From NCBI GenBank assembly GCA_029268045.1, contig JAJUHF010000004.1, forward strand, positions 7,863 through 71,862: DNA of 64,000 nucleotides, written 5' to 3'. The notes under the pieces are model-generated. The model worked only from the letters and a program-made list of their open reading frames with translations, did no database searches and was not told the origin of the DNA. This document shows, in pieces, positions 39,982 through 51,672 of the stretch. The first letter of the stretch is position 1. Every line of letters begins with the position of its first letter. This DNA is from Anseongella ginsenosidimutans (GTDB lineage Bacteria > Bacteroidota > Bacteroidia > Sphingobacteriales > Sphingobacteriaceae). The position numbers and the translations under genes were made by a program.

Positions 39982-42408
39982 TTACTTTCTAATCTCAACA
40001 CCTTCCTTCTCGAACGCGTGGATCAGACGCTGCATTACCTGATCAATCTGCTTATCGGTAAGCGTCTTCTCATCGTCCCTCAGGGTAAAGGTCAAGGCAT
40101 ACGACTTGGTTCCCGGCGGAAGCTGCCCTTTGTGGTCCTTGCCCGGGATATACTGATCAAATATACTAACTTCCTTCAAAATCTTCCGTTCGGTTTTCAA
40201 TGCGATTTCTTTCAGGCGCTGAAAACTGGTTTCCTGCCGGATCAGCAAGGAAAGATCGCGTCTTACGGCCGGGAAACGGGGAACCTCCCGGTACCGGATG
40301 CCGTGATCCTTCCGCAGTGAAAGTAAAACATCCCACTCCAGAACCGCGTAATAGACCGGCACCTCGATTTCGAAGGCGGCCGCGATCCGATTGGGCACAC
40401 TTCCCGACAGGACAAGCCGGCTGTCGCCCGAGAGCCATTCGTATGCCTGGTCCAGCAGCCCCTCATCCGCCAGCTGGAATGCGTCAGGTTGAATGCCCAT
40501 TTTCTGAAAGATGGCTTCCACGAAACCTTTGAGATAGAAAATATCGGCTTTGCCGTCTACGCTGTTCCAACTTTCAGGAACCTTCCTTCCGGTTGCAAAA
40601 AGGGCGAGCTGCCTTTTTTCCGCGTAACCTGTCCCCTTTCTGCGGTACACTTTTCCGAATTCGTAAAATTTCAGGTCGGAATTCTTCCGGTTCAGGTTAT
40701 GCGCAACGGATTGTAGCCCTGAAAAAAGCAGGGTTTGCCGCATCTGATCCAGCTCGCTGCTGAGCGGATTCAGGATGGGAATGGCCTCGTCCGGCGAAAA
40801 CACAGGCGCCAGTTTACTGTGTGCGGAGCTTCCCAGGGAATTGCTCATGATCTCGAAGAATCCTTTCGCGCTGAGTAGATCGGCTACACTGTTGCGCAGG
40901 GCGCCTTCGTCCGCTTTCTGGGAATAAGACAGGGAGGCATGCACCTTCAACGGCATTTCAATGTTGTCGTAACCGTAGATCCTAAGTACCTCTTCGATTA
41001 CATCCACCTCCCGGGTAACGTCTACTTTGGAGGTAGGGACCGCCAGCAAAAGCCCCTTTTCGTCTTCCTTCCGTATCTCCATTCCCAGATGGGTAAGAAT
41101 AGAGCGGATCTCATCCCGCGGAATTTCCTTTCCGATCAACCGGGATGCATTCTCATAGGAAAACGCCACCTCGGTTTCCTGAACGGGTTCCGGGTAAATA
41201 TCAACCAGGGCCGAGGGGATTTGTCCGCCGGCAATTTCACAGATGAGAAGCGCCGCCCGCTGCAGGGCATAAATCGTCCCGTTCGGATCGGTTCCCCGTT
41301 CGAAACGGAACGACGCATCGGTTTTCAGGCCGTGCCGTTTCGCAGTTCGCCGGACACTTACCGGGCTGAAGCATGCCGACTCCAGAAAAACCGCCGTGGT
41401 GTCTTCTTTGATCCCGGAATCCTTCCCCCCCATGACACCGGCAATGCACATGCCGCCCTGGGCATCACAGATCATCAGGTCTTCCGCCGAGAGTTTACGC
41501 TCGATTCCATCCAGGGTCGTAAATAACTGGTTCTCCGGAAGGGTTTTCACAAGGACTTCTCCGCCACGGATGGTCTTCATATCAAATGCGTGCAGAGGCT
41601 GGCCGGTTTCGTGAAGCACGTAATTGGTGATATCCACAATGTTGTTGATGCATTTGACCCCGATGGCTTTCAGCCGGTCCTGCAGCCAGGCCGGAGAGTC
41701 CCGCACGGTCACGCCGGTGATTACCAGTCCGCTGTAGCGGATACACGCTTCGGGATTTTCCACCCGTACCTTCAGGGGATTTGCTTCTGTCCCTTCCTGA
41801 AAGCGGGCCACGGAAGGATAATTTACCTGTTTCCGGAGAACGGCTGCCACGTCCCGCGCAACGCCGATATGAGACGCCGCATCCGCACGGTTGGGCGTGA
41901 GCCCGATTTCAATCAGCCAGTCATCCTCCAGGTTAAAATACGTGCCGAGCGGGGTACCCGGTACGGCTTCGGCGGCCAGCACCAGGATGCCCTCGTGCGA
42001 GGGCCCAAGCCCGATTTCGTCTTCAGCGCAGATCATGCCAAATGACTCCTCCCCCCTGATCTTTGACCGCTTGATTTTGAAGGGTTCTCCTGAAAGCGGA
42101 TAAAGTGTGGCTCCCACCTGCGCCACCGCCACTTTCTGGCCCTGCGCTACATTGGGCGCACCGCAGACAATCTGAAGGGGGCTCCCTTCCCCCAGGTTTA
42201 CCTGGGTGATGCTTAAACGGTCGGCATTCGGATGCCGCTCCACGGAGATCACCTCGCCCACAACCAAGCCTTCCAGTCCGCCGGGAATGGCCTGTATCTT
42301 TTCCAGGGATTCCACTTCCAGACCGGTGCCGGTCAATAGCTCGGACAGCTCATCGGGAGACTTATCCGTAGAAATGTATTCTTTTAACCAGTTATAGGAA
42401 ATTTTCAT
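39982..42408 (-). CDS. pheT: phenylalanine--tRNA ligase beta subunit
   Basis: 808 aa. N-terminal tRNA-binding domain (…HPNADRLSITQVNLG...), B3/4, B5 and C-terminal FDX-ACB regions. Confidence 0.96.
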   Translation of the reverse strand: MKISYNWLKEYISTDKSPDELSELLTGTGLEVESLEKIQAIPGGLEGLVVGEVISVERHPNADRLSITQVNLGEGSPLQIVCGAPNVAQGQKVAVAQVGATLYPLSGEPFKIKRSKIRGEESFGMICAEDEIGLGPSHEGILVLAAEAVPGTPLGTYFNLEDDWLIEIGLTPNRADAASHIGVARDVAAVLRKQVNYPSVARFQEGTEANPLKVRVENPEACIRYSGLVITGVTVRDSPAWLQDRLKAIGVKCINNIVDITNYVLHETGQPLHAFDMKTIRGGEVLVKTLPENQLFTTLDGIERKLSAEDLMICDAQGGMCIAGVMGGKDSGIKEDTTAVFLESACFSPVSVRRTAKRHGLKTDASFRFERGTDPNGTIYALQRAALLICEIAGGQIPSALVDIYPEPVQETEVAFSYENASRLIGKEIPRDEIRSILTHLGMEIRKEDEKGLLLAVPTSKVDVTREVDVIEEVLRIYGYDNIEMPLKVHASLSYSQKADEGALRNSVADLLSAKGFFEIMSNSLGSSAHSKLAPVFSPDEAIPILNPLSSELDQMRQTLLFSGLQSVAHNLNRKNSDLKFYEFGKVYRRKGTGYAEKRQLALFATGRKVPESWNSVDGKADIFYLKGFVEAIFQKMGIQPDAFQLADEGLLDQAYEWLSGDSRLVLSGSVPNRIAAAFEIEVPVYYAVLEWDVLLSLRKDHGIRYREVPRFPAVRRDLSLLIRQETSFQRLKEIALKTERKILKEVSIFDQYIPGKDHKGQLPPGTKSYALTFTLRDDEKTLTDKQIDQVMQRLIHAFEKEGVEIRK

Positions 42409-42480
42409 AAAGCACGGATCAAAAACTTTTCGAACGCAAAGGTAAAATTTTATTAGATTAACGCTTTAACCTGAAGCAAT

Positions 42481-44043
42481 ATGCATCGACTTTCAGCAAG
42501 CAGGGCGTCCGGTATTCTTTTGTGGTCACTGGCATGCTTGAAATTCCTGTTCGCGCTTTTAGTTGTCCATCCGGTCTATGAACTTCACCGCGATGAGCTT
42601 CTTTACCTGGCCGAAGCGCAGCACCTGGCCTGGGGTTACCTGGAAGCCCCGCCCCTTCTTTCCCTGCTTGCATGGATCAGCGACCTGTTGGGAAATGGGG
42701 AGCTTGTGATCCGCTGCTGGCCCGCGTTGCTGGGCGCGCTCACCTTCCTGATCGCTGGAAAAATGGTATTAAGATCGGGCGGCAGGAACCCGGCCCTGTT
42801 CCTGCTTTTTCTTGCTTTTATTTTCTCTGCCTTTCTGCGCGCGCATTTTTTGTTCCAGCCGAACTTCCTGGATATCTTCTTCTGGACGCTGATCACGTAC
42901 TGGGTATTCTGCTATATCCGGAGGGAGGACCCGAAATTTATTTATTTACTGGGAATTACCGCCGGTTTGGGCTTGCTCAGCAAATATTCCGTTGGAATTC
43001 TACTGTTTGCCCTGGCAGCCGCCCTGGCGTTATCCCGGCAACGGAAATTGTTGGCCGAACGACATGCTTATATTGCGCTGATCATCGGCTTTTTGATTTT
43101 CCTTCCGAATCTTATCTGGCAGTACCAGCATAACTTCCCATTCATGAACCACATGGAGGAATTGCACGAAACGCAGCTTCGTCATATACGTCCCATTGGA
43201 TTTCTGATAGACCAGTTGCTGATGACGCTTCCGGTATGTTTTATCTGGCTGGCCGGGCTTTGGCATGTGCTGTTCCATCCCCGGGGGAACCGGTACCGGC
43301 TTTTCGGATGGACATTCCTGTTTGTGATGGGATTGCTCCTGTTGTTGAAAGGCAAAGCATATTACGCGCTGGGAGTCTATCCGGTTCTTCTGGCCATAGG
43401 GGCGCTTCGTCTGGAGGAAATTTTCCGGATCCGCCCCTGGGTCCGGTATGCGGGGATCGGATTTATCCTTCTTACCGGAATACCCATGATCCCTGTACTA
43501 CTCCCCATCTGGGCACCGGAAAGACTGGCCGGATACTACCGTTTTGCGGGGCTCGACCGGACGGGCATTCTCCAATGGGAAGACCGGCAGGACCACGACC
43601 TTCCGCAGGACTTTGCCGATATGCTCGGCAGGAAAGAACTAAGCAGAAAAACCGCCGCCGCTTTTGACCAAATACCGGTCTGGGAACAAGCGCGTACGGT
43701 CATATTCTGCGATAATTACGGGCAGGCCGGGGCGCTGAACTATTACGGACGCGCGGACCTTCCGCCGGCAATCAGTGCAAGCGCCTCGTTTTTGCTTTGG
43801 ATTCCAACGTACGACCACATCCGGCACCTGATCTGGGTTGGCGATCCGCCTCCTGAAAACGCGGAGCTGCGGCATGCCTTTGAAGAAGTACGCGTGCTCG
43901 ACTCGGTGACAACGCCTATGGCGAGGGAATCCGGAACCCGGGTCACCTGGTTCCGGAATGCGGACACCTCTTTCACGGGATACTTTCATTTGGAAATAGG
44001 CAAGATGAAGCAACGCTTCAGCAGACCGGGATCCCTCCTCTAA
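42481..44043 (+). CDS. glycosyltransferase family 39 (ArnT/PMT-like) membrane protein
   Basis: 520 aa. Multi-pass membrane N-half (DELLYLAEAQHLAWGYLEAPPL...) and a soluble C-terminal domain. Confidence 0.8.
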   Translation: MHRLSASRASGILLWSLACLKFLFALLVVHPVYELHRDELLYLAEAQHLAWGYLEAPPLLSLLAWISDLLGNGELVIRCWPALLGALTFLIAGKMVLRSGGRNPALFLLFLAFIFSAFLRAHFLFQPNFLDIFFWTLITYWVFCYIRREDPKFIYLLGITAGLGLLSKYSVGILLFALAAALALSRQRKLLAERHAYIALIIGFLIFLPNLIWQYQHNFPFMNHMEELHETQLRHIRPIGFLIDQLLMTLPVCFIWLAGLWHVLFHPRGNRYRLFGWTFLFVMGLLLLLKGKAYYALGVYPVLLAIGALRLEEIFRIRPWVRYAGIGFILLTGIPMIPVLLPIWAPERLAGYYRFAGLDRTGILQWEDRQDHDLPQDFADMLGRKELSRKTAAAFDQIPVWEQARTVIFCDNYGQAGALNYYGRADLPPAISASASFLLWIPTYDHIRHLIWVGDPPPENAELRHAFEEVRVLDSVTTPMARESGTRVTWFRNADTSFTGYFHLEIGKMKQRFSRPGSLL

Positions 44044-44071
44044 TATCCTCAAAATGCGGCGGCGCCGGCAC

Positions 44072-44770
44072 TTAAATCATTCCCTCATCGGCGAAACTGA
44101 AGAAGCCATTGTCGGAAACAATCACATGGTCCAGTACGGCTATTTCAAGTATTTCCCCGGCGACTACCAGCTTTTTGGTCAGCTGGATATCCGCATTACT
44201 GGGTTTGGTATTTCCCGATGGATGGTTGTGACTGAAAATCACGGAGGTAGCCAGTTGCTCCAGGGCTGATTTATAGATCATCCGGGGATCGGCTACGGTA
44301 CCGGAAAGCCCTCCCGAGCTGATTCGCCGGTTGGATATGATCCGGTTGGCTCGGTTCAGACTCATCATCCAGAATTCCTCGTGCGGGAGATCTTCCAGTA
44401 AGGGCTGCATGACCTTGTACACGTCGGCACTGGCCTTGATCCGCGTAGCTACGCCGGAGCGGAATCCCCTCCTTCGTCTTCCCAGTTCCAGGGCGGCTAC
44501 AATACCCACCGCTTTTGCAGGCCCGATTCCATGAAAGCGGGTCAGATCGGATACTTCCAGTTTACCCAGCTTATCCAGGTGGTTCCCGCAACTTTTGAGA
44601 ACCCGCCGGGAAAGCTCCACAGCGCTTTCACTTTCGTTTCCCGAACCAAGAATAATCGCCAGCAATTCCGCTTCACTCAGATGATGCCGGCCTTTGGAGA
44701 GCAATTTTTCCCGGGGCCTGTCCTCTTCGGCCCAGGACTTGATGCTGATGCGTTTTTCAAAGGTTTTCAT
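44072..44770 (-). CDS. radC: RadC-family JAB/MPN domain protein
   Basis: 232 aa from ATG 44770. N-terminal HhH region (…ELLAIILGSGN) and JAMM-like HNHPSG. ORF-track start 44863 trimmed. Confidence 0.88.
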   Translation of the reverse strand: MKTFEKRISIKSWAEEDRPREKLLSKGRHHLSEAELLAIILGSGNESESAVELSRRVLKSCGNHLDKLGKLEVSDLTRFHGIGPAKAVGIVAALELGRRRRGFRSGVATRIKASADVYKVMQPLLEDLPHEEFWMMSLNRANRIISNRRISSGGLSGTVADPRMIYKSALEQLATSVIFSHNHPSGNTKPSNADIQLTKKLVVAGEILEIAVLDHVIVSDNGFFSFADEGMI

Positions 44771-44820
44771 AGTAGGTAGAATTTTAAGAAAGATACAAAA
44801 TTTTCTTAAATTAGTACGGA

Positions 44821-44857
44821 AAAACAAAAAGAGCAGCGCGGAAATCCGTGCTGCTCT
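44821..44857 (-). terminator. intrinsic terminator downstream of rpsT
   Basis: GAGCAGC.CGG/CCG.GCUGCUC stem (44831-44856), followed on the minus strand by UUUUUGUUUU. It is flanked by an A-run on the other side, so it could act bidirectionally. Confidence 0.7.
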
Positions 44858-44880
44858 TTTCAAAAACTTTTTATAGCTGC

Positions 44881-45135
44881 CTATTGAAGTGAATTCACAT
44901 ACCGCGCCAGCTTGGATTTTTTATTGGCCGCGTTATTCTTATGAATAACATTCCGTTTTGCCAGCCTGTCCAGCATGGAAGATACCCGCGGATAAAGTTC
45001 AACAGCCTCCTGTTTGTCAGTTGTTGTCCGCAGTTTCTTTATGGCATTACGCGTCGTTTTGGCATAATAACGATTCCGAAGCCTTCTCGCGGCACTTTGC
45101 CTGATCCTCTTTAATGCAGATTTATGGTTTGCCAT
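44881..45135 (-). CDS. rpsT: 30S ribosomal protein S20
   Basis: 84 aa ([36 protein letters not shown]...). Confidence 0.95.
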   Translation of the reverse strand: MANHKSALKRIRQSAARRLRNRYYAKTTRNAIKKLRTTTDKQEAVELYPRVSSMLDRLAKRNVIHKNNAANKKSKLARYVNSLQ

Positions 45136-45167
45136 GTTCTATTTTGTCTCTTTTTCTAAAAGGACTG

Positions 45168-45175
45168 CAAATATA
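45168..45175 (-). promoter_or_regulatory. candidate -7 box TATATTTG for rpsT
   Basis: The minus-strand TAtaTTTG ends 32 nt upstream of ATG 45135. Confidence 0.35.
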
Positions 45176-45208
45176 GAGCTAATAATTTGAAAAACAAATT
45201 TTACTGAC

Positions 45209-46141
45209 ATGCTGCCTATCCGGAAAAAACGCTTGATTATCCTGCTGCTTCTGGCCCTTTGTGCCACGGCCTTACCCCTTGCTTCCGCTGGGTTCCGATG
45301 GGGTTTCTTTGCACATCGCAAAATAAACCGCACGGCGGTTTTCACGCTGCCCGCGCCCATGCAGCGATTCTACAAAAACAACCTGGATTACCTTACCGAA
45401 CGTGCCGTCAGTGCCGATAAACGACGCTATGTGCTGGATGGGGAGGCCGCGCGTCATTATTTCGACACGGAATTTTACGGCGAAGATTTTTTGTACGCCG
45501 AACCGCTCACCTGGAATGAAATGCAGGAGCGTTTCCCCGGGGGTGGGTTCCAGCAACACGGCATCCTCCCCTGGCACATTCTCCGGGTAAGCCAGCTTCT
45601 CACACGGGCCTTTCAGGACCGGGATTCGGCAAATATCCTACGGCATTCGGCCGACCTGGGGCATTACCTGGCCGATGCCCACGTACCATTGCATACCACG
45701 CAAAACTACAACGGGCAATTGACTGGGCAGACCGGGATTCACGCGTTCTGGGAAAGCCGCATTCCCGAGCTATTCAGCCACCGGTATGACTATTTAACCG
45801 GCAAATCGCGGTACATCCCCAATCTGGGAGATCGGGTCTGGAATATTGTCCGGGAAAGCCACCAGGCAGTCGATTCGGTCCTGTCGATCGAAAAGACGCT
45901 AAGCGCCCGGTTTCCCTCCGACCGGAAATACACGGTTTACCTGAAGAACAACCAAGCCGTCAGAAATTACTCCCGTCGCTTTTCGGCACGCTACCAGGAG
46001 CAATTGCAGGGAATGGTCGAACGACGGCTGCGGGCTTCGATCCATACGGTAGGCAGCTTCTGGTACACGGCCTGGGTGAACGCCGGGCAGCCTCCGTTGG
46101 AATCATGGGAAAACGAATACCTCAAAAAACCAAAACCATGA
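45209..46141 (+). CDS. zinc-dependent phospholipase C / S1-P1 nuclease-fold protein
   Basis: 310 aa. Signal peptide and His-rich metal motifs (WGFFAHRKIN, DLGHYLADAHVPLHTT). Confidence 0.7.
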   Translation: MLPIRKKRLIILLLLALCATALPLASAGFRWGFFAHRKINRTAVFTLPAPMQRFYKNNLDYLTERAVSADKRRYVLDGEAARHYFDTEFYGEDFLYAEPLTWNEMQERFPGGGFQQHGILPWHILRVSQLLTRAFQDRDSANILRHSADLGHYLADAHVPLHTTQNYNGQLTGQTGIHAFWESRIPELFSHRYDYLTGKSRYIPNLGDRVWNIVRESHQAVDSVLSIEKTLSARFPSDRKYTVYLKNNQAVRNYSRRFSARYQEQLQGMVERRLRASIHTVGSFWYTAWVNAGQPPLESWENEYLKKPKP

Positions 46142-46836
46142 AAAAGCTCAAAACCCTCTTACAGGATTTTATTTCCCTGGCCTTTCCGGATGTGTGCCAG
46201 GCATGCGGTGTGGGCCTCAACAAACAGGAACAGGTCCTGTGTACCTATTGCCTGTTCCAGCTCCCTTATACCAATTTTCATTTGGAGAAAGACAATAAGA
46301 CCGCACGGGAATTCTGGGGTCGCGCAGATATCCGGGCCGCGACTTCCTTTCTGTATTTCAAAAAGGGGGAACGCGTGCAGCACCTGCTACACCAGTTAAA
46401 ATACCGTCGGCAGACACAAATAGGCGTTTACCTGGGCAGGCTTTGCGGTAAGGTCCTGAAACAGGCCGGCGGCTTCTCCGGAGTAGACCTGATCTGCCCC
46501 CTTCCGCTGCACAAACAAAGCATGCGCAGACGCGGGTATAACCAAAGCGAGTTCTTTGCGCTGGGATTGGGCGAAACAATGAAAAAGAAGGTAGACGCTT
46601 CGCTCCTTGCCCGCACCCGAATTGCGGAAAGCCAAACCCGGAAATCCCGGTTTGACCGCTTTCTGAATGTTCGGGAGGCCTTTTCTGTCCGGCACCCCCA
46701 TCGGCTCGTAAACAGGCATGTCCTCCTGGTGGACGATGTGCTTACCACCGGAGCTACCCTGACTGCCTGTGCATCGGCCGTGTTGGCGGTGGGGGGCACG
46801 CAGGTGAGTATTGCGACAATCGCCTACGCTCCCTGA
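46138..46836 (+). CDS. comF: ComF-family phosphoribosyltransferase-domain protein
   Basis: 232 aa from ATG 46138, which overlaps the upstream stop as ATGA. N-terminal Cys pairs (CQAC...CTYC) and PRTase motif VLLVDDVLTTGATL. Confidence 0.85.
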   Translation: MKKLKTLLQDFISLAFPDVCQACGVGLNKQEQVLCTYCLFQLPYTNFHLEKDNKTAREFWGRADIRAATSFLYFKKGERVQHLLHQLKYRRQTQIGVYLGRLCGKVLKQAGGFSGVDLICPLPLHKQSMRRRGYNQSEFFALGLGETMKKKVDASLLARTRIAESQTRKSRFDRFLNVREAFSVRHPHRLVNRHVLLVDDVLTTGATLTACASAVLAVGGTQVSIATIAYAP

Positions 46837-46847
46837 TCTTCACTGAC

Positions 46848-48136
<1,289 letters not shown>

Positions 48137-48140
<4 letters not shown>

Positions 48141-50482
48141 TCAACTATTATTTCATCCGCAAACAGCCAGGCTTGGTGACCTGCTCCGGGGTTGCCCGAG
48201 GGAATTTCACCTGCATTGTGTGCGATCACTTTAATATAACGGATATTCTCCTCACCCACCGGAATGTCCAGTTTCACCGTTGCCTCGTCCGATGAAATAC
48301 CGGCCTGCTCGAAATAAGGCGTAAACGCCGATCCATCGTAGGAAAACCACACCTCCACCTTCGCCGGCGCGTGGATCCATTGTCCGCGGGAGTTGCCGAA
48401 ATGCAGCGAAATGGAATTTACCAGCTGGGCTTCCCCCAGATCCACAACCGCTTCCATGTCCTGTCCTTCCCACCCCAGCCAGTTATCGGCAGTGCGCGCG
48501 CTTCCCGGCAAGCCGTCAACCAAAGACTGCGGGCCTTCGCCCGGATATTTCTCACTGGGAGCTTGCGTCAGGCTCACGGTTTTCCCAAGCGCTCTGTGTG
48601 CAAAATAAACCTGTTCAAATACGTTGCCTACAAGCTGACCATTCTTAAATCGGGCCGCCTTTACCGTGACCGGGGAATCAATGGAAAGGGGATTTTCGTA
48701 CTTCGGCGAGGAAATAACCGGCTGGCTGCCGTCCAGGGTATAGCGGATCTCCGCGCTTTGATCTTCCGAATGCAGGGTAACCAGCAGCCTCCCGGCGTCG
48801 GCTTTCGCAGTACCCTGTACGTCGAATACATGCCGCGCATAGTTCACCTCCAGGGCGGACAGGTGTTGCAAATTACCCTGTAATCTTTTTAAAAAGCCGT
48901 TGTAATTTTTCTGGTCCACCGGTGTCCACACCACTTCCGCAAGAGCCAGCGCCCGCGGATAGACCATATACTCCGCGTGCTCCGGGGTTGGAATGTATTC
49001 CGTCCACAAGTTTCCCTGCGCTCCCAGCACACGGGCAGTTGCCGCACCGCTTAGCTCAGCGGGAACCGGCTCATAATCATATACTTCCTTTAGCGGAGTA
49101 AATCCACCGATGGCCACCGGCTCAGCGGGTCCCTGCCCCTGATAATGGTCCAGATAAAGATGCGCGTTGGGAGTCATCACCACATCGTGTCCCTGCCGGG
49201 CCGCGTCAATTCCGCCGGATGCGCCCCGCCAGGACATCACCGCCGCATTGGGTGCAAGCCCCCCTTCCAGTATTTCGTCCCAGCCGATAAGCTGTCTCCC
49301 CCGCGCGTTCAGGAATTTTTCGATCCGCTGGATAAAATAGCTTTGAAGTTCGTGTTCGTCTTTCAATCCTTCGGCTTTTATGCGGGCCTGACATTTCGGA
49401 CAATTCTTCCAGCGTTTCTTCGGCGCTTCATCACCTCCCACATGAATGTATTTGCCGGGAAACAGCGTCATCACCTCTTCCAGCACATCCTCCAGAAAAT
49501 GAAAGGTTTCGTCGTTGCCGGCGCAAAAAATATCTTCAAAAACGCCCCATTTGGTAGCCGCCGTGTAGGGCCCTCCCGTGCAGCCCAGTCCGGGGTAGGC
49601 CGAAAGGGCAGCCAGGGCGTGACCCGGCATCTCAATTTCCGGGATGATGGTCACATGGCGAAGCCTGGCGTATTCCACCACCTCATTCACCTCCTTGCGG
49701 GTGTAATAACCCCCGTACCGTTTTCCGTCAAACCGCTCCGGCTGATCGCTGTAATGACCAATCAGGGTTTCGTTCCGGAAGGCGGCCACTTTTTGCAGCG
49801 CGGGGTACTTTTTAATTTCGATCCGCCAGCCCTGATCATCGGTCAGATGCCAATGGAAGGTATTCAGCTTATACCTCGACATCAGATCGATGTACTTTTT
49901 GATAAAGGCAACCGGAAACATATGACGCACCACGTCCAGGTGCAGACCGCGGTAGGAAAAGCGGGGCGCGTCCTCGATCCGGACGCAGGGCACCGCGACC
50001 GGTTCCTGACCGGACTTTCCCTTGACCGGCGGAAGCAGTTGCCGGAGTGTCTGCACTCCCCAGAAAGCGCCGGTGGGGCTGCTTGCCTTCAGCTGGATCC
50101 ATCCGGGCTGGACCTCCAGTTCGTATCCTTCAGGTGGAATGGAACTATTTCCATCGATGAGCAGTTGAATGGAATTGGTTTCCGGCGCCCCCTCGGCATT
50201 GCTGACCCTGGTTTTTATTTTTTTCCCTTGAAGCGAGGCAGAAATCACCTCCCCGAGGAAATCCACCAGTTCGCTGGCCTCTTTGGCTTCGGTATTGACT
50301 GACAGCAGCGTGGTGGGACTTATCAAAAACTCACCTTCCTTCGGTTGCAGATTCGCCGGCAGGGGAATCAAAGGATACCGGCTGTCCACGGTCAGGGCAG
50401 ACTTTTGGGCGGCTGCAGGCCATGAAATGGGAAGCATAAGCAACAAACAGACCGTTGTTGTTAAAAAAGCTTTGACTTGCAT
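48137..50482 (-). CDS. beta-N-acetylhexosaminidase (GH20) with C-terminal discoidin-like domain
   Basis: 781 aa. Signal peptide, [13 protein letters not shown], and the catalytic region HVGGDEAPK. The C-terminal ~150 aa are F5/8-type-C-like. Confidence 0.9.
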
Positions 50483-50573
50483 GTCCTTTGAATTGATTAT
50501 TATATCCTACCGCCGCGCAAAAATATTAATTTAGCCGGCAAATCATGCAATAATTTCTCCCCTAAGGTAAAAT

Positions 50574-51149
50574 ATGGATTTTTTCAGGATTCTTGAAATT
50601 GCCGGTGTCGTTTGCGGGATTCTCTACCTGCTCCTGATCATCCGCGAAAATATCTGGTGCTGGCTCTTCGGGATCCTCTCTTCGGCCATCACGGTCTTTA
50701 TATACATCGAATTCAAACTTTACCTGGAAGCCGGCCTGAATGTATTCTATGTGTTGGCGGGAATATACGGATGGGTATTCTGGGCAACGCACCGGACCAG
50801 CGATCGCAAAACCCCGGTTACCACCTGGCTACCACGAAGCCATGTGATCGCGATTTCGGCCAGCCTGCTCCTGACCCTGGGCATCGGACAGCTGATGGAA
50901 ACACATACGGATTCGCCCCGTCCGTTTGTGGACGCCGGACTGACCGTGTTTGCATTTGTCGCCACTTATATGGAGGCCAGGAAAGTCCTTTCCGCCTGGC
51001 ATTATTGGTTTGTGATCAACGGAATTTCCATTTGGCTGCATGCAGACCGCGAACTGTATTTCTATGCCGGGCTCTCGGTTTTTTATACCCTTTTGTGCAT
51101 TAAAGGGTACCGGGAATGGAAGAAAAGCTATGTAGCCCAGACGGCTTAA
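50574..51149 (+). CDS. pnuC: nicotinamide riboside transporter PnuC family
   Basis: 191 aa, multi-pass, with Trp-rich PnuC-like helices (…RENIWCWLFGILSS..., AWHYWFVINGISIWL). Confidence 0.85.
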   Translation: MDFFRILEIAGVVCGILYLLLIIRENIWCWLFGILSSAITVFIYIEFKLYLEAGLNVFYVLAGIYGWVFWATHRTSDRKTPVTTWLPRSHVIAISASLLLTLGIGQLMETHTDSPRPFVDAGLTVFAFVATYMEARKVLSAWHYWFVINGISIWLHADRELYFYAGLSVFYTLLCIKGYREWKKSYVAQTA

Positions 51150-51187
51150 CTGGCCGGGTTTTTGGTGGGCTAATACAAAACCGGACT

Positions 51188-51670
51188 ATGAAACACGCTT
51201 ACCATATACTTTTGGAAATCTTTCTGCTATTCCTGCTGGTCATTTTATTTTTTCAGTACAGAAAAGTCAGGAAAGAGCGGGACGCCCTCTATGCAAGCAA
51301 CCGGGGTCTGGATTTTGAGCTGAAACTTCGGTCCGACTCCATGACCGAGCTGAAAGCAAGCACCTATTATCTGAACAAGCTGTCCGACAGCCTGTTTAGC
51401 GAATCGGATATCAACTATTTCAAAAAAAGGGGGCTGCGCAATCCGGAAACGGAGCTGTTGAATAATCTGTACCAGCAGCATCAGCTCATTCCCCAGGAGG
51501 CGGTACTGGGAGGGAGGATGCGTATCTGGCATGCGGCCTTGCTGGGCCGGCAATGGGCAATCGCTTATTTTGAGGATGGGCACGTGGCTGGCAACATGAT
51601 TCTCCGCTACACAGTAACAGACGGCACAATTGAATGGGAGGTATTGGATAGCTCGGTGAACGGGCAGTAG
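51188..51670 (+). CDS. hypothetical membrane-anchored protein
   Basis: 160 aa from ATG 51188 (MKHAYHILLEIFLLFLLVILFFQY... single TM). No family recognised. The stop lies 2 nt from the convergent uvrA stop. Confidence 0.5.
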   Translation: MKHAYHILLEIFLLFLLVILFFQYRKVRKERDALYASNRGLDFELKLRSDSMTELKASTYYLNKLSDSLFSESDINYFKKRGLRNPETELLNNLYQQHQLIPQEAVLGGRMRIWHAALLGRQWAIAYFEDGHVAGNMILRYTVTDGTIEWEVLDSSVNGQ

Positions 51671-51672
51671 CG

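Noticed and set aside
44072-46836. radC and comF as signs of a competence or defence locus
   Set aside because: Both are widespread single housekeeping-type genes. They are separated by rpsT and an unrelated secreted enzyme, and no other competence or defence genes lie nearby.
49145-50302. 385-aa ORF antisense to the GH20 hexosaminidase
   Set aside because: Shadow ORF. The minus-strand frame carries unambiguous GH20 motifs, and the plus-strand product has no recognisable features.
50483-50573. Possible riboswitch upstream of pnuC (and likewise upstream of dapD at 8156-8250)
   Set aside because: The gaps are only ~90-95 nt. I could not find THI-box, NAD+ or lysine riboswitch core motifs or a convincing multi-helix fold.
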